From: an uncultured Acidobacteriota bacterium
GTDB lineage: Bacteria; Acidobacteriota; Vicinamibacteria; Vicinamibacterales; UBA2999
Direction of reading: 5' to 3'
Assembly: GCA_963734635.1 (NCBI GenBank)
Contig: CAVTIA010000013.1
Coordinates: 108,488 to 172,487 of the forward strand
DNA: 64,000 nucleotides
Part shown: piece after piece, positions 1 to 8,601 of the stretch
How the letters are laid out: each line of letters starts with the position of its first letter
Position numbering within the stretch: position 1 is the first letter of the stretch
Program-made: the position numbers and the translations under genes
Notes under the pieces: generated by a model
Told to the model about the DNA's origin: nothing
The model's input: the letters and a program-made list of their open reading frames with translations, nothing else
Database searches by the model: none

Positions 1-549
1 TTTGCAGCGACGCGATTGATGGGTCTGTCTCCCGATAAGGGCGAGTTGTTGTGGGACTATCCGTGGCAGACGCCGTTCGACATCAACGCGGGACAGCCAC
101 TGCTCGTCGGCGACAACCGCATCTTCTTGTCGTCCGGCTATGGTACTGGTGCCGGGGTCATCGAGCTGACTCCGAATGGCTCGCGGTTCTCCGTGCGCGA
201 AGTCTGGCGAAACAATCGGATGAAGAATCAGTTCACCAGCTCGGTGCTGCACGAAGGCTTCGTGTACGGACTGGACGAGGCAATTCTGGCCTGTCTCGAC
301 GTCGCCACCGGCCAACTCCGGTGGAAGGGAGGTCGGTACGGTTACGGGCAGTTGCTTCTTGCCAACGGCCAACTGATCGTTCTCGCGGAAAACGGTGATC
401 TGGCGCTCGTCCGTGCCACTCCGGAGCGTCACGAGGAACTGGCGCGGTTTCCCGTGCTCAACGGAAAAACGTGGAATCATCCTGCGATGGCCGACGGACA
501 CCTGCTCATCCGCAACCTCGCCGAAATGGCGGCATTCGATCTGAGATGA
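1..549 (+). CDS. PQQ-binding-like (BamB-like) beta-propeller protein, 5' partial
   Basis: Propeller motifs LACLDVATGQLRWK and TWNHPAMADGHLLIRN; reading frame runs off the left edge. Confidence 0.85.
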   Translation, partial: FAATRLMGLSPDKGELLWDYPWQTPFDINAGQPLLVGDNRIFLSSGYGTGAGVIELTPNGSRFSVREVWRNNRMKNQFTSSVLHEGFVYGLDEAILACLDVATGQLRWKGGRYGYGQLLLANGQLIVLAENGDLALVRATPERHEELARFPVLNGKTWNHPAMADGHLLIRNLAEMAAFDLR

Positions 550-1829
550 CCTGGAGGTATTCGGCATTCGTCCTCGGCCTCGCGTTGCTGGCCAACCTGG
601 CCGGGGAGCGTCAGGCTCCGGGGCAGGAGCCCGCAGTCAGAATGATTGCGGACGAGGGCGAGGGCGCGAAGTACTGGCCTCGGTGGCGAGGGCCGTCGGG
701 GCAGGGGCTCGTCACCGGCAACGAATACCCCGACACCTGGTCCGCAACCCAGAACATCCTCTGGAAGACTCCGGTGCCGGGGAACGGCAACTCGTCGCCG
801 ATCGTGTGGGGCGACCGTATCTTCGTCACCACAGCCAACGACGGCGGCCGGCGATTATCGCTGCTTGCGTATCGTCGTTCGGACGGCCGACTGCTGTGGG
901 AGGCTGCGGCGCCAACGGGTCGCACCGATTCCGGCTCGCACTACAAGAATGGTCATGCCTCCGCGACGCCGGCGACCGACGGAGAACGCGTCTACGTATC
1001 GTTCGGCGCGCGGGGACTCTTCGCGTTCGACCTCAACGGCAAGCTCGTGTGGCAGCGCGACCTCGGGCCGATGGACGCCTATCACGGCGCGGCCGGCTCG
1101 CCGCTTCTGTTGAGGGATCGGATCATCCTCTATCAGGATCAGTACTCGGCCTCATTCATCGCCGCTTTCGACACGCGTACAGGACGCGAGCTGTGGCGCA
1201 CCCGACGAAATGCAAACGTTGGATGGGGCACGCCCATCGCCATTCGCGCGGCTGGCAGAGATGAAGTGATCGTCAACAGCCAGCAGTGGGTGCACTCGTA
1301 CGATCCGGCCAGCGGCAAGGAGCTGTGGCGCTGCGGCGGCACCACCTACGAGGTGATTCCGACGCCGGTCGTCGGGTACGGGCTCGTCTTCTGTTCCTCC
1401 GGTCGAGCCGGTCCGACGCTCGCCATCAAACCAGGCGGCAGCGGCGATGTGACGCGGACGCATCTTGCATGGGAAAGCCCTCGCGGGTCGCCATTCGTCC
1501 CGTCGCCTATTCTTTATGGCGAGCAGCTTTACATGGTCAACGACATGGCCAGCATCGTCACCTCGTTCGCCGCGCAGAGCGGCAAAGTTCTGTGGCAGGG
1601 ACGACTCGGTGTCGCGCAGCGAGAAGGATTCTCCGCGTCGCCGGTCGCGGTCGATGGGAAGGTCTTCTTCACCAATGACGACGGTGACACGTTCGTGCTG
1701 CGAGCCGGCGCCACATTCGAGATCCTGCACGTAAACCGGATTGGCGAGACCACGCTCGCGTCGCCAGCGCTCGTCGACGGACGCTGGTACATCAGGACCG
1801 ATCGCAATCTCTACGCGATTGGAAAGTAG
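546..1829 (+). CDS. Secreted PQQ-binding-like beta-propeller protein
   Basis: ATG 546 overlaps the previous stop (ATGA); signal peptide, WPRWRGP, repeated SSP/ASP blade motifs. Confidence 0.88.
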   Translation: MTWRYSAFVLGLALLANLAGERQAPGQEPAVRMIADEGEGAKYWPRWRGPSGQGLVTGNEYPDTWSATQNILWKTPVPGNGNSSPIVWGDRIFVTTANDGGRRLSLLAYRRSDGRLLWEAAAPTGRTDSGSHYKNGHASATPATDGERVYVSFGARGLFAFDLNGKLVWQRDLGPMDAYHGAAGSPLLLRDRIILYQDQYSASFIAAFDTRTGRELWRTRRNANVGWGTPIAIRAAGRDEVIVNSQQWVHSYDPASGKELWRCGGTTYEVIPTPVVGYGLVFCSSGRAGPTLAIKPGGSGDVTRTHLAWESPRGSPFVPSPILYGEQLYMVNDMASIVTSFAAQSGKVLWQGRLGVAQREGFSASPVAVDGKVFFTNDDGDTFVLRAGATFEILHVNRIGETTLASPALVDGRWYIRTDRNLYAIGK

Positions 1830-1838
1830 GGCGCGGCT

Positions 1839-2317
1839 TTACGCGGCCGGGCGATAGTACAAGACGAGCGCTGCGCCGACAGAAGCCAGGCCGAACCCCA
1901 CGAACAGCAGCGGATTGATTGCCTGCTTCGGCGGGTGGATGGCCATCGACACGAGCACGTTCACGATGGGCGCGCCACCGAACACGAGCGGCATCACGTA
2001 TACAGGAAGCCCACCGAAGCGAAACGACCAGATGATGCAGACCGCACCGGCAGCGCCGAGCGCGCCGGCAACGGTGGCCGCAACCAGCCCGCCTGTGTTG
2101 AATCCGGCGAGTTCACCCTGAGCGCCGAGACCGGCGACAGGGCACGATCACGCCGATCAGGAAGTACGCAACACCGACGCAGAGCAGCGCCTTGAGCGGG
2201 TTTCCGAGCTGCACCTGCACCATGATGGAGCAGCGCGCCATATGCGCCCCACGACAAGATGGCTCCCGCAACGAAGATGATCCACGCCATACGTTTCGGC
2301 CTCGCTTGTGTTGTCAT
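1839..2317 (-). CDS. Small DMT/EamA-like membrane protein (frameshifted)
   Basis: MAWIIFVAGAILSWGAYG...; hydrophobic helices continue in other frames (GNPLKALLCVGVAYFLIG, YVMPLVFGGAPIVNVLVSM, VLYYRPAA*); indels near 2130-2220. Confidence 0.7.
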
Positions 2318-2420
2318 GTGATGGCTTGCGAACCGGATTGTATGTCAATTGGCGCACCGATGGTCCGTGCTAGGATTTGGCCGCTTCGGCTGGGCGATAT
2401 CACTCGATCGAGGAGGCGAC

Positions 2421-2924
2421 ATGCGCTGGTATCTCGAGGCCATGAAGAAGTATGCCGTGTTCAGCGGCCGCGCCCGGCGGAAGGAGTACTGGATGTTCAC
2501 GTTGATGAACCTCCTTATCGTCTTCGTGCTTGGCATCGTTGAGGGGATTCTACGCATCGCTTCGGACAGTGACGAAAGCGTCCTCGGGGGCGTTTACATT
2601 CTCGCCACATTGATTCCCGGCATCGCCGTCGGCGTGAGAAGGATGCACGACACGGATCACGGCGGCTGGTGGTTTCTCGTTCCGATCGTCAACCTCATTT
2701 TTGCCATTCAAGGGGGACAGCAGGGCCCGAATCGATTCGGACCTGACCCAAAGGAGCCAGTGGTCGGGGGCGCCGCTGTCGCTGCAGGAGCCGTGGCGGT
2801 AGGGTACGCCCTGCCTCTCGCTCAGTCTGGCGCGCCGACGGCGTTCTGCGCTCGCTGCGGTTCGAGATTTCCTGAAAACGCAGCCTACTGTCCGGGATGT
2901 GGCGCAGCGAGAACGTCGTCGTAA
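2421..2924 (+). CDS. DUF805 inner-membrane protein with C-terminal zinc ribbon
   Basis: FSGRARRKEYWMF, VRRMHDTD, GPNRFGPDP; CARC...CPGC tail; AGGAGG RBS. Confidence 0.88.
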   Translation: MRWYLEAMKKYAVFSGRARRKEYWMFTLMNLLIVFVLGIVEGILRIASDSDESVLGGVYILATLIPGIAVGVRRMHDTDHGGWWFLVPIVNLIFAIQGGQQGPNRFGPDPKEPVVGGAAVAAGAVAVGYALPLAQSGAPTAFCARCGSRFPENAAYCPGCGAARTSS

Positions 2925-2973
2925 ATAACGAACGCTGCGGCGCCCTGAACAGGTTACGAGGCTCTCTGCGCCG

Positions 2974-3163
2974 TTGAATTCGACGCCAGCACATTTCCCA
3001 CCGAGGTCCGTTTTGCCGCCGACAGCGCACACTTAAACTCGTGGAATCGGGGTTGAGTGAGATCCATGCCTGCCGCGATTGTCACAAGACGTTCACCCTG
3101 AAGAAGCCATCACCGCCGTTGTTCGCTCGTGCGTCAGGACGCGGGAACTGGGAGCAGGGGTGA
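2974..3163 (+). pseudogene. Frameshifted paralog of the 3372-3584 zinc-ribbon protein
   Basis: PFCRRQRTLKLVESGLSEIHACRDCHKTF...GRGNWEQG* aligns to 3372-3584; first Cys codon lost at an indel near 3006. Confidence 0.55.
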
Positions 3164-3170
3164 ATGAACA

Positions 3171-3266
3171 TCACTGCGCGTCCGTCTTGCCGATGCGCGC
3201 CCAGAAGCGCACGAGCGTGTCGCGCAGCGCCGACCGCTCGCGTGCTAACCGAACCGTCTGGCGCAT
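3171..3266 (-). pseudogene. Truncated paralog of 3591-3829 (MRQTVRLARERSALRDTLVRFWARIGKTDAQ)
   Basis: Only the C-terminal ~26 aa match the second copy. Confidence 0.4.
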
Positions 3267-3371
3267 GTGCTTGATCGTTCCGCTCGCGTTGACTACGATG
3301 GCGCTCTGTTTCTGACTTTTTGAACCCGCCCCACCTTCGCGTCTGGCGAAGCAGCTTCATGAAGCCCACTC

Positions 3372-3584
3372 ATGAAGCCCACTTTCTTGGAGGCTGCTGC
3401 TGTGCCAGATACCTCGCATCCGACGTGTCCGTTTTGCCACCGACGGGACACTCTAAAAGCCGTCGAATCGCTGTTGACCGAGATCCATATCTGCCGCGAT
3501 TGTTACAAGACGTTCACCCTGGAGAAAGCCACCACGGCCGTTACCGCTCGTCCGCCAGGACGCGGGAACTGGGAGCAGGGGTGA
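3372..3584 (+). CDS. 70-aa zinc-ribbon protein
   Basis: CPFC...CRDC motif; amino-acid conservation with the upstream copy supports coding. Confidence 0.6.
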   Translation: MKPTFLEAAAVPDTSHPTCPFCHRRDTLKAVESLLTEIHICRDCYKTFTLEKATTAVTARPPGRGNWEQG

Positions 3585-3590
3585 ATAACA

Positions 3591-3829
3591 TCACTGCGCG
3601 TCCGTCTTGCCGATGCGCGCACAGAAGCGCACGAGCGTGTCACGCAGCGCCGCCCGCTCGCGTGTTAACCGCTCCAGCTCCGCGGCATACCGATCGATCG
3701 TCTGGGCGCTGATGGGCACGCCGGCCCGCGTCAAGGTGACGCACTCATCGAGCATGGCCGCCAGGCGATCGATCTGATCGACCAGGTCAGGTGTTCCATC
3801 GCTTGCAGCATCTCGGCGTCGCTGTTCAT
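3591..3829 (-). CDS. Small helical phage-like protein (one frameshift)
   Basis: GAGAGG RBS, MNSDAEMLQAMEH / DLVDQIDRLAAMLDEC...RIGKTDAQ*; indel near 3790. Confidence 0.5.
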
Positions 3830-4202
3830 ATCGCCTCTCACAAGACCGACCTTGGCACTGCGCTCGCTAGGTCATCCGCCTCCGCATTCATACAGATATA
3901 GGCCCTTGGGCGTATTGCAACAGGTACATTAGCGGACTTAAGCTGACTCAAGCGGTGCCGGACGATCTCACCGACAGTCCTCGGCGACGTTGCCCAACGT
4001 GTCAGCGACAAAACACCGTAAAGGCCGTGGCATGGAAGTCTCGAGCGATTTATTTCTGCCCCGACTGTCGCAGGACGTTTGTCGTCCAGGAACCTGAACC
4101 TCCTCGGCCCGAGCATGTCTAGGAGCGGCATCGTTATTCGCATTCCGTTTGTAGCCTTTTCGTCTCATAGCCACGCTGCTGTGCTAGGCGATACTGGTAC
4201 TC

Positions 4203-4278
4203 GGGTTTCTTAGTCCGTCAGCTTTTCGACGGGAGGAAACCCACAGGGAAGGGACGCCGCATGTCGGCGTCCCCTTTT
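4203..4278 (+). ncRNA. Candidate small structured RNA ending in an intrinsic terminator
   Basis: Nested stems GGGTTTC/GAAACCC and CCGTC/GACGG, then a terminator hairpin; no convincing + strand ORF upstream. Confidence 0.3.
4251..4278 (+). terminator. Rho-independent terminator
   Basis: GGGACGCCG-catgt-CGGCGTCCC followed by CTTTT. Confidence 0.7.
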
Positions 4279-4396
4279 CTGTCCTGATTCGTCACCTTCA
4301 TGCCGTCCGCCCCCCTCAGGGGTTTGGAGCAGACGAAAACACTTTCATCTAAGCTCCTCCACACGAGTCAGAGACAACTTCACATCGCGGTCACGA

Positions 4397-4513
4397 TCAG
4401 CCACGCGCGACGCCCGCCAGCGCGAGGACGACCGTCAGGAACACGTCGAGCACACCGGGTGCGGTGACAAGACGCAAGAGCCAGCGCGCGGAACGTCGGA
4501 ACCACGAGCGCAT
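4397..4513 (-). CDS. 38-aa basic, hydrophobic membrane peptide
   Basis: MRSWFRRSARWLLRLVTAPGVLDVFLTVVLALAGVARG; last gene of the phage-like operon. Confidence 0.4.
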   Translation of the reverse strand: MRSWFRRSARWLLRLVTAPGVLDVFLTVVLALAGVARG

Positions 4514-4530
4514 GTATGGAGCGTGCTCTT

Positions 4531-4780
4531 TCAGTGACGCAGGCGGCGCTTCATCTTGTCGAGTTCCTCGCGGGCCCGTTCTCTCAACAAGACTTCCGTT
4601 CGATTCGAGTGCGCGTTTCACCTGTTCCGCGTTGAACCCTTCATTGCGTAACTGTGGCTCCAGGTCCGCGCGCGCCGTCTCCACCACTTCGTCGAGGTAG
4701 GCGTCGGCCGCTGCCTCATCGAACGGATCGACCTGCACCCAGACGAGTCCGTCCGCCGGCGGGTGTGGTGGCCGCATCAT
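4531..4780 (-). CDS. Hypothetical phage-like protein (probable frameshift near 4575)
   Basis: ATG overlaps the upstream stop (ATGA); acidic helical sequence; alternative frame ends AREELDKMKRRLRH*. Confidence 0.5.
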
Positions 4781-5112
4781 TTCGCTCGCTGGGCGAATAA
4801 GGCCCAGGACCCAGACTGACCAGGCACCACGCCGGCGTTGCGTTCCCGACACAGCCACGTCGAGCCGTGAAACGTGACGAGCTCGCCGCGGCCGTAGGTC
4901 GCATCCGCTTTCCAGGTTCCACGAAAGACGTCGGCCAGCGACGACGGCGGCATCTCCTTGACCTGCCGCTCAAGCGCGCTGATGCGCTCCGCCAACGGAT
5001 CGAGCGCCAGCTTGACGAGTTCCGCGAGAAATGTGGGGGACAGCGTCGGGATCACGGTGCCGTCTGGCATCGTGACGTTGACGTGCATGCCGGTCGTCAC
5101 TGCGGCGCTCAT
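4777..5112 (-). CDS. Phage protein with short coiled coil and CBM5/12-like module
   Basis: FRGTWKADATYGRGELVTFHGSTW...PG..GSW pattern seen in phage head-region proteins; ATGA coupling to the capsid gene. Confidence 0.6.
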   Translation of the reverse strand: MSAAVTTGMHVNVTMPDGTVIPTLSPTFLAELVKLALDPLAERISALERQVKEMPPSSLADVFRGTWKADATYGRGELVTFHGSTWLCRERNAGVVPGQSGSWALFAQRAK

Positions 5113-6137
5113 GCGGGCGATCCCGTCGGTGAACCGCCCAATTCGGCGATCTCGATGAACCCGGCGGCGTCGTCGCGCAACTTCGCCCAGTGCACGAAGC
5201 GCGTAAATCGCAACACCACGGCGTTTGCCTGAAACGCGGACGTCAACGTCGTTGCGCCCACGGTCGGGGTATCGACCATCTCGATCGAGACCCCCTCGGC
5301 GCTGTCAATCTCGAGCCCATCATCGGTGGCGGCGAGCTCGGCGGCGTCGAGCAGGATCAGCCGGTTGGCAGCCGCGGGACTAATCAACAACGGCGCACCC
5401 GCGATCGTCCCGTCGGCCAACTTGACGTCCTTGAACACCTGAAGCCCCGTCGCGGCCAACCAGAGGGCGACACGGCCACTCGTCACGAAGACCGGTTTTT
5501 CGGCTTGGCCGTCCACGACCTCGGCGTACAGCGTCGCGAGATCGTCCGCGAGCGATAACGGTGACCCGCCGCCGCTGGCCGCGACGTTGTACAAAATGCC
5601 CGCCGGGCGATCGGAGGATCCCGCATCGTCGCCCAGAAAGGCGAGATTCTCCGCGCGTGACAGCGTGCGGGTGGACACACGAATGAGGAGATTGCGCCTG
5701 CGCGCATCCGCGAACCGAAAGAGTTCTTTCGTGGTCGCCCACAGCGTGACGTACTTCGTCGGCGCGGTCGTCACCGTGGTGAAGCCCATGCGCGCGAATG
5801 GTGCAGCGACGCCTTCCCCGACCCATGCGACTTCCGGCGTCTCGACGACCGCGGGAATCGTGCTAAACGGTGGCGCGTCCACCGTGGCCCCGCGCAATTT
5901 GCCAAGCACCGTCTGTTGGATGACCACGTCCACAAACGGCTGGAGCTCGCGCCGCAGCGCCGACGCGGTCTCCGTGGTGATCGCACCGACGGCCGCTTTG
6001 TTGTGCGTAAAGGCAGGCGGGGGCGGCTGTCGTAACGCCTTTGCCGCCATGTAATCCATGCACCCGCCGAGTGCCTTCATCTGCTCGTACTTGTGCGTGA
6101 GGGAATCGAGGTCGTATCTCATGGAGCCGATTCTCAT
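5109..6137 (-). CDS. HK97-fold phage major capsid(-like) protein
   Basis: AWVGEG, TKELFR, AENLAFLG...RPAGIL, SAFQAN.V.LRFTRFVHW..LR..A motifs of HK97-family capsids; start at 6137 or 6122. Confidence 0.82.
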   Translation of the reverse strand: MRIGSMRYDLDSLTHKYEQMKALGGCMDYMAAKALRQPPPPAFTHNKAAVGAITTETASALRRELQPFVDVVIQQTVLGKLRGATVDAPPFSTIPAVVETPEVAWVGEGVAAPFARMGFTTVTTAPTKYVTLWATTKELFRFADARRRNLLIRVSTRTLSRAENLAFLGDDAGSSDRPAGILYNVAASGGGSPLSLADDLATLYAEVVDGQAEKPVFVTSGRVALWLAATGLQVFKDVKLADGTIAGAPLLISPAAANRLILLDAAELAATDDGLEIDSAEGVSIEMVDTPTVGATTLTSAFQANAVVLRFTRFVHWAKLRDDAAGFIEIAELGGSPTGSPA

Positions 6138-6163
6138 GGCGTTCGCCGATGTGACAGTCGCCG

Positions 6164-6595
6164 TCACACCGTCACACTGAGGCAGTAGATGCGGCCGTCT
6201 CGGCCGCGTCGTCCTCGCGTCAGCACGTAGCCGTCGATCGCGGTCCCCACCATTTGTCGCAACCACAGCGCGACCTCGCCGGCACCGTTTTCGATGGTGA
6301 TGTCGGCCGCCAGCAGCGCCTCGCGGAATTCCGCGTTCACCGCGGCATGGCGAGTCAGTGCCGCCGCCGTACATTCGGGCTGTTCGAGCATGAGCAGGAT
6401 GCTGACTAAGGCCATGAAGGCGTTGCGATCCGCCTCATCGCGCGGACCAGCGGCCGGTAGGCGAGCTTCGAGCTGTTCGATCCGCGCGAGTATGAGATTG
6501 AGCTTCGCGTCGATATGGGCGTCGAGTGGCGAGCCGGCGGCATCGCCCGGCAGCCAGTCCCACATGTGCGAGCGTCGCGCAACTTTAGGCCGCAT
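6164..6595 (-). CDS. Phage hypothetical protein with a probable C-terminal winged helix
   Basis: LWLRQMVG..IDGYVLTR.RR.RDGRIYCL resembles winged-helix tails of phage primase/replication proteins (inference). Confidence 0.55.
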   Translation of the reverse strand: MRPKVARRSHMWDWLPGDAAGSPLDAHIDAKLNLILARIEQLEARLPAAGPRDEADRNAFMALVSILLMLEQPECTAAALTRHAAVNAEFREALLAADITIENGAGEVALWLRQMVGTAIDGYVLTRGRRGRDGRIYCLSVTV

Positions 6596-6596
6596 C

Positions 6597-6892
6597 TCAA
6601 TACCGATGCTGCTCGAGAAACTCGCGCTGCCAGCGCGTAAACCCCTCGCCCTCGGGACACTGCCCGGAGACCCACGCCGGCACGAATCCGAAGCGACTCG
6701 CTTCGGCCGTCCACGCCTCCCCATGCGCGTCCCACATGCGTTGCAGTTGCGACTCCGCCTCCCACTCCTGCACCGCCACGACCCAGCCATGAATGCGGCA
6801 CGGCGCCCACTCGCCGGCCATCAGGTAGTAGGTGACGGCCGCACCTCCGGCACCTCCACGCGCAGTTTCGGCGTCCGCTGTTTTCTCGACAT
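6597..6892 (-). CDS. Phage hypothetical protein (probable 5' frameshift)
   Basis: Trp-rich ORF packed between TerS and the next gene; likely start MSRKQRTPKLR in another frame. Confidence 0.5.
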
Positions 6893-6897
6893 CCGCG

Positions 6898-7236
6898 TCA
6901 CCCGATGGACCGCAAACTCGGCGGCCGTTTCGCCGCGCTCGGCGGCTCACCAATGTCCAGATCGAGTTCCCGTAAAATTCTGGTGAACGCGATCATCGAT
7001 TCCTGTTCGACCCGTACCGCCGGATTTAACTTGTGGCCGCCCGCCCCCGTCGCCAGCGTCAGCCCGTCCTTCGCAATCGCCTCTCGCGCCTGCGCGCAGC
7101 GGTCCCAGCTTTGACACGCCAGGAGCAACAACCGGACGTGATGTTCTTCGAGCAACCAGCGGTCACAGACGTCCGCGAACCACTTCCGGGTGCTGGCCCG
7201 GAGCCACCGGGGTGCTGTGGGGGTTTCTCGCGTCAC
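6898..7236 (-). CDS. P27-family phage terminase small subunit
   Basis: P.WL...TRKW, L.LACQSWDR..QARE.IAKDGL, KLNPAV..E, ILRELDL; AGGAG RBS before GTG. Confidence 0.88.
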   Translation of the reverse strand: MTRETPTAPRWLRASTRKWFADVCDRWLLEEHHVRLLLLACQSWDRCAQAREAIAKDGLTLATGAGGHKLNPAVRVEQESMIAFTRILRELDLDIGEPPSAAKRPPSLRSIG

Positions 7237-7341
7237 ATCAGACTCCTAAAAATCGCAACGGGGAACACGCGATCCTGCGTGTGACCTAGCCAGCGGTCCC
7301 GCTTTTTCGTTCTCGGCCAAACCTATTTGCCCCCCCCGAGG
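7237..7341 (-). other. Putative cos-type packaging region
   Basis: Minus strand GGGGGGGCAAATAGG...GACCGCTGG...CGCG...GATTTTT just upstream of TerS, the usual position and style of cos in HK97-like phages. Confidence 0.5.
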
Positions 7342-7551
7342 TCAATGCACGTCGGCAAACCAGAGGTCCGGTTGATCGAATCCGGTCAGGTCAGCATCAG
7401 CGGTCGTGCCGTCTTCGCACGTGTCGCTTGGACGGCGCATCACCTCAGCGTAGATGGCGTCATATTCCGATTCGGTCCACGTCCCTGATCCGTAACGCTG
7501 CAAGAGCTGACGATTGGTCATGTACTGCAACGGTCTATCTGGTATCGGCAT
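7342..7551 (-). CDS. Hypothetical 69-aa protein at the element's right edge
   Basis: MPIPDRPLQYMTNRQLL...WFADVH; co-oriented with the phage genes. Confidence 0.45.
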   Translation of the reverse strand: MPIPDRPLQYMTNRQLLQRYGSGTWTESEYDAIYAEVMRRPSDTCEDGTTADADLTGFDQPDLWFADVH

Positions 7552-7566
7552 GGGAAGGGGAGCACC

Positions 7567-8590
7567 ATGCGAGCCACGCAAATCACCTCTTGCATTTGTC
7601 TCCTGGCGCTGCCCGCGATCGTCAGCGCTCAGGGTTCCCCGAGGATTCACGAGCTGAAGGCGTCGCCTGCGACCGTGCACCGCGGGTTCTTCGATGCCTC
7701 GCTCAAGCCGGTTCTCACGATCGACTCGGGCGACATCGTGCGGCTCGAAACGGCGACGGGGAACCCGCGATGGTTCGAGAAGCTCGGTGTCCCGAAAGAG
7801 CAAGATCCCGGCTGAACTGTATGAAGTCTTCCGCGGCGTCGAAGGGGATGGGCGTGGAGATCACACGTTGAACGGGCCGATCGCCGTCCGCGGCGCTGAG
7901 CCTGGCGACATGCTGGAAATCCGCATTCGATCGGTCGACGTGCGCCTGCCGATTGCGGGACAGTCATTCGTCCCGAACCGGGGACTTCTGCCCGATGAAT
8001 TCCCGTACGAAAAAAACCGCGTGACCTGGATTGACGTGGACCGGAAGGTGATTCTGTTCGCCCCTGGCATCGAATTTCCAGCGAAGCCGTTTTGGGGAGT
8101 GATGGGCGTCGCGCCGCCAGCAGCGATGGGACGAGTGCCCAGCGGACCACCCAACGTGTTTGGAGGGAATCTCGACAACCGGGATCTCGGTTCGGGGAGC
8201 ACGCTGTATCTACCCGTCCACGTTGCTGGCGCGCTGCTTTCAATAGGCGATGGGCACGCCATGCAGGGCCACGGCGAAGTGAGCCTGTCGGCGGTTGAAA
8301 CGTCGCTGAAAGGCGAAATCCAGGTGGTGCTGCACAAGGGTCGTCGTCTGCGATGGCCAAGGGCGGAAACGCCGACGCACTACATCACCATGGGGCTCAA
8401 CCAGGATCTCGACGAAGCCGCAAGGATCGCCACGCGTGAGATGCTGGATTTTCTGGTCGAAGCCAAGGGGATCTCACGCGAGGAGGCGTACTTCCTGGCA
8501 AGCGCCGCGATGGACCTGACGGTGACGCAGGTCGTGGACGTCACCAAGGGAATTCACGCCTCAATTCCAAAGTCGATATTTCAGAAGTAG
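7567..8590 (+). CDS. Secreted acetamidase/formamidase family protein (frameshift near 7797)
   Basis: HTLNGPIAVRGAEPGD, GGNLDNRDL, GDGHAMQGHGE. Confidence 0.88.
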
Positions 8591-8601
8591 CGTCACTTCT
8601 G

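Larger units (their letters stand above)
3007..3671. repeat. Imperfect ~245 bp direct repeat (3007-3251 and 3428-3671)
   Basis: Shared blocks such as CAGGACGCGGGAACTGGGAGCAGGGGTGAAT and CATCACTGCGCGTCCGTCTTGCCGATGCGCGC at ~420 bp offset. Confidence 0.92.
2970..7555 (-). mobile_element. Phage satellite-like or defective prophage segment
   Basis: Co-oriented TerS, HK97-fold capsid and small phage-like ORFs, some with ATGA overlaps; cos-like sequence upstream of TerS; host-type genes on both sides; boundaries approximate, no att repeats seen. Confidence 0.7.

Noticed and set aside
3007..3671. Repeat as CRISPR array or DGR template/variable pair
   Set aside because: Only two long copies, differences are not adenine-specific, and no cas or reverse transcriptase gene is present
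3838..4174. ORFs 3838-4143 and 3968-4174
   Set aside because: No motif and atypical composition; probably non-coding or decayed
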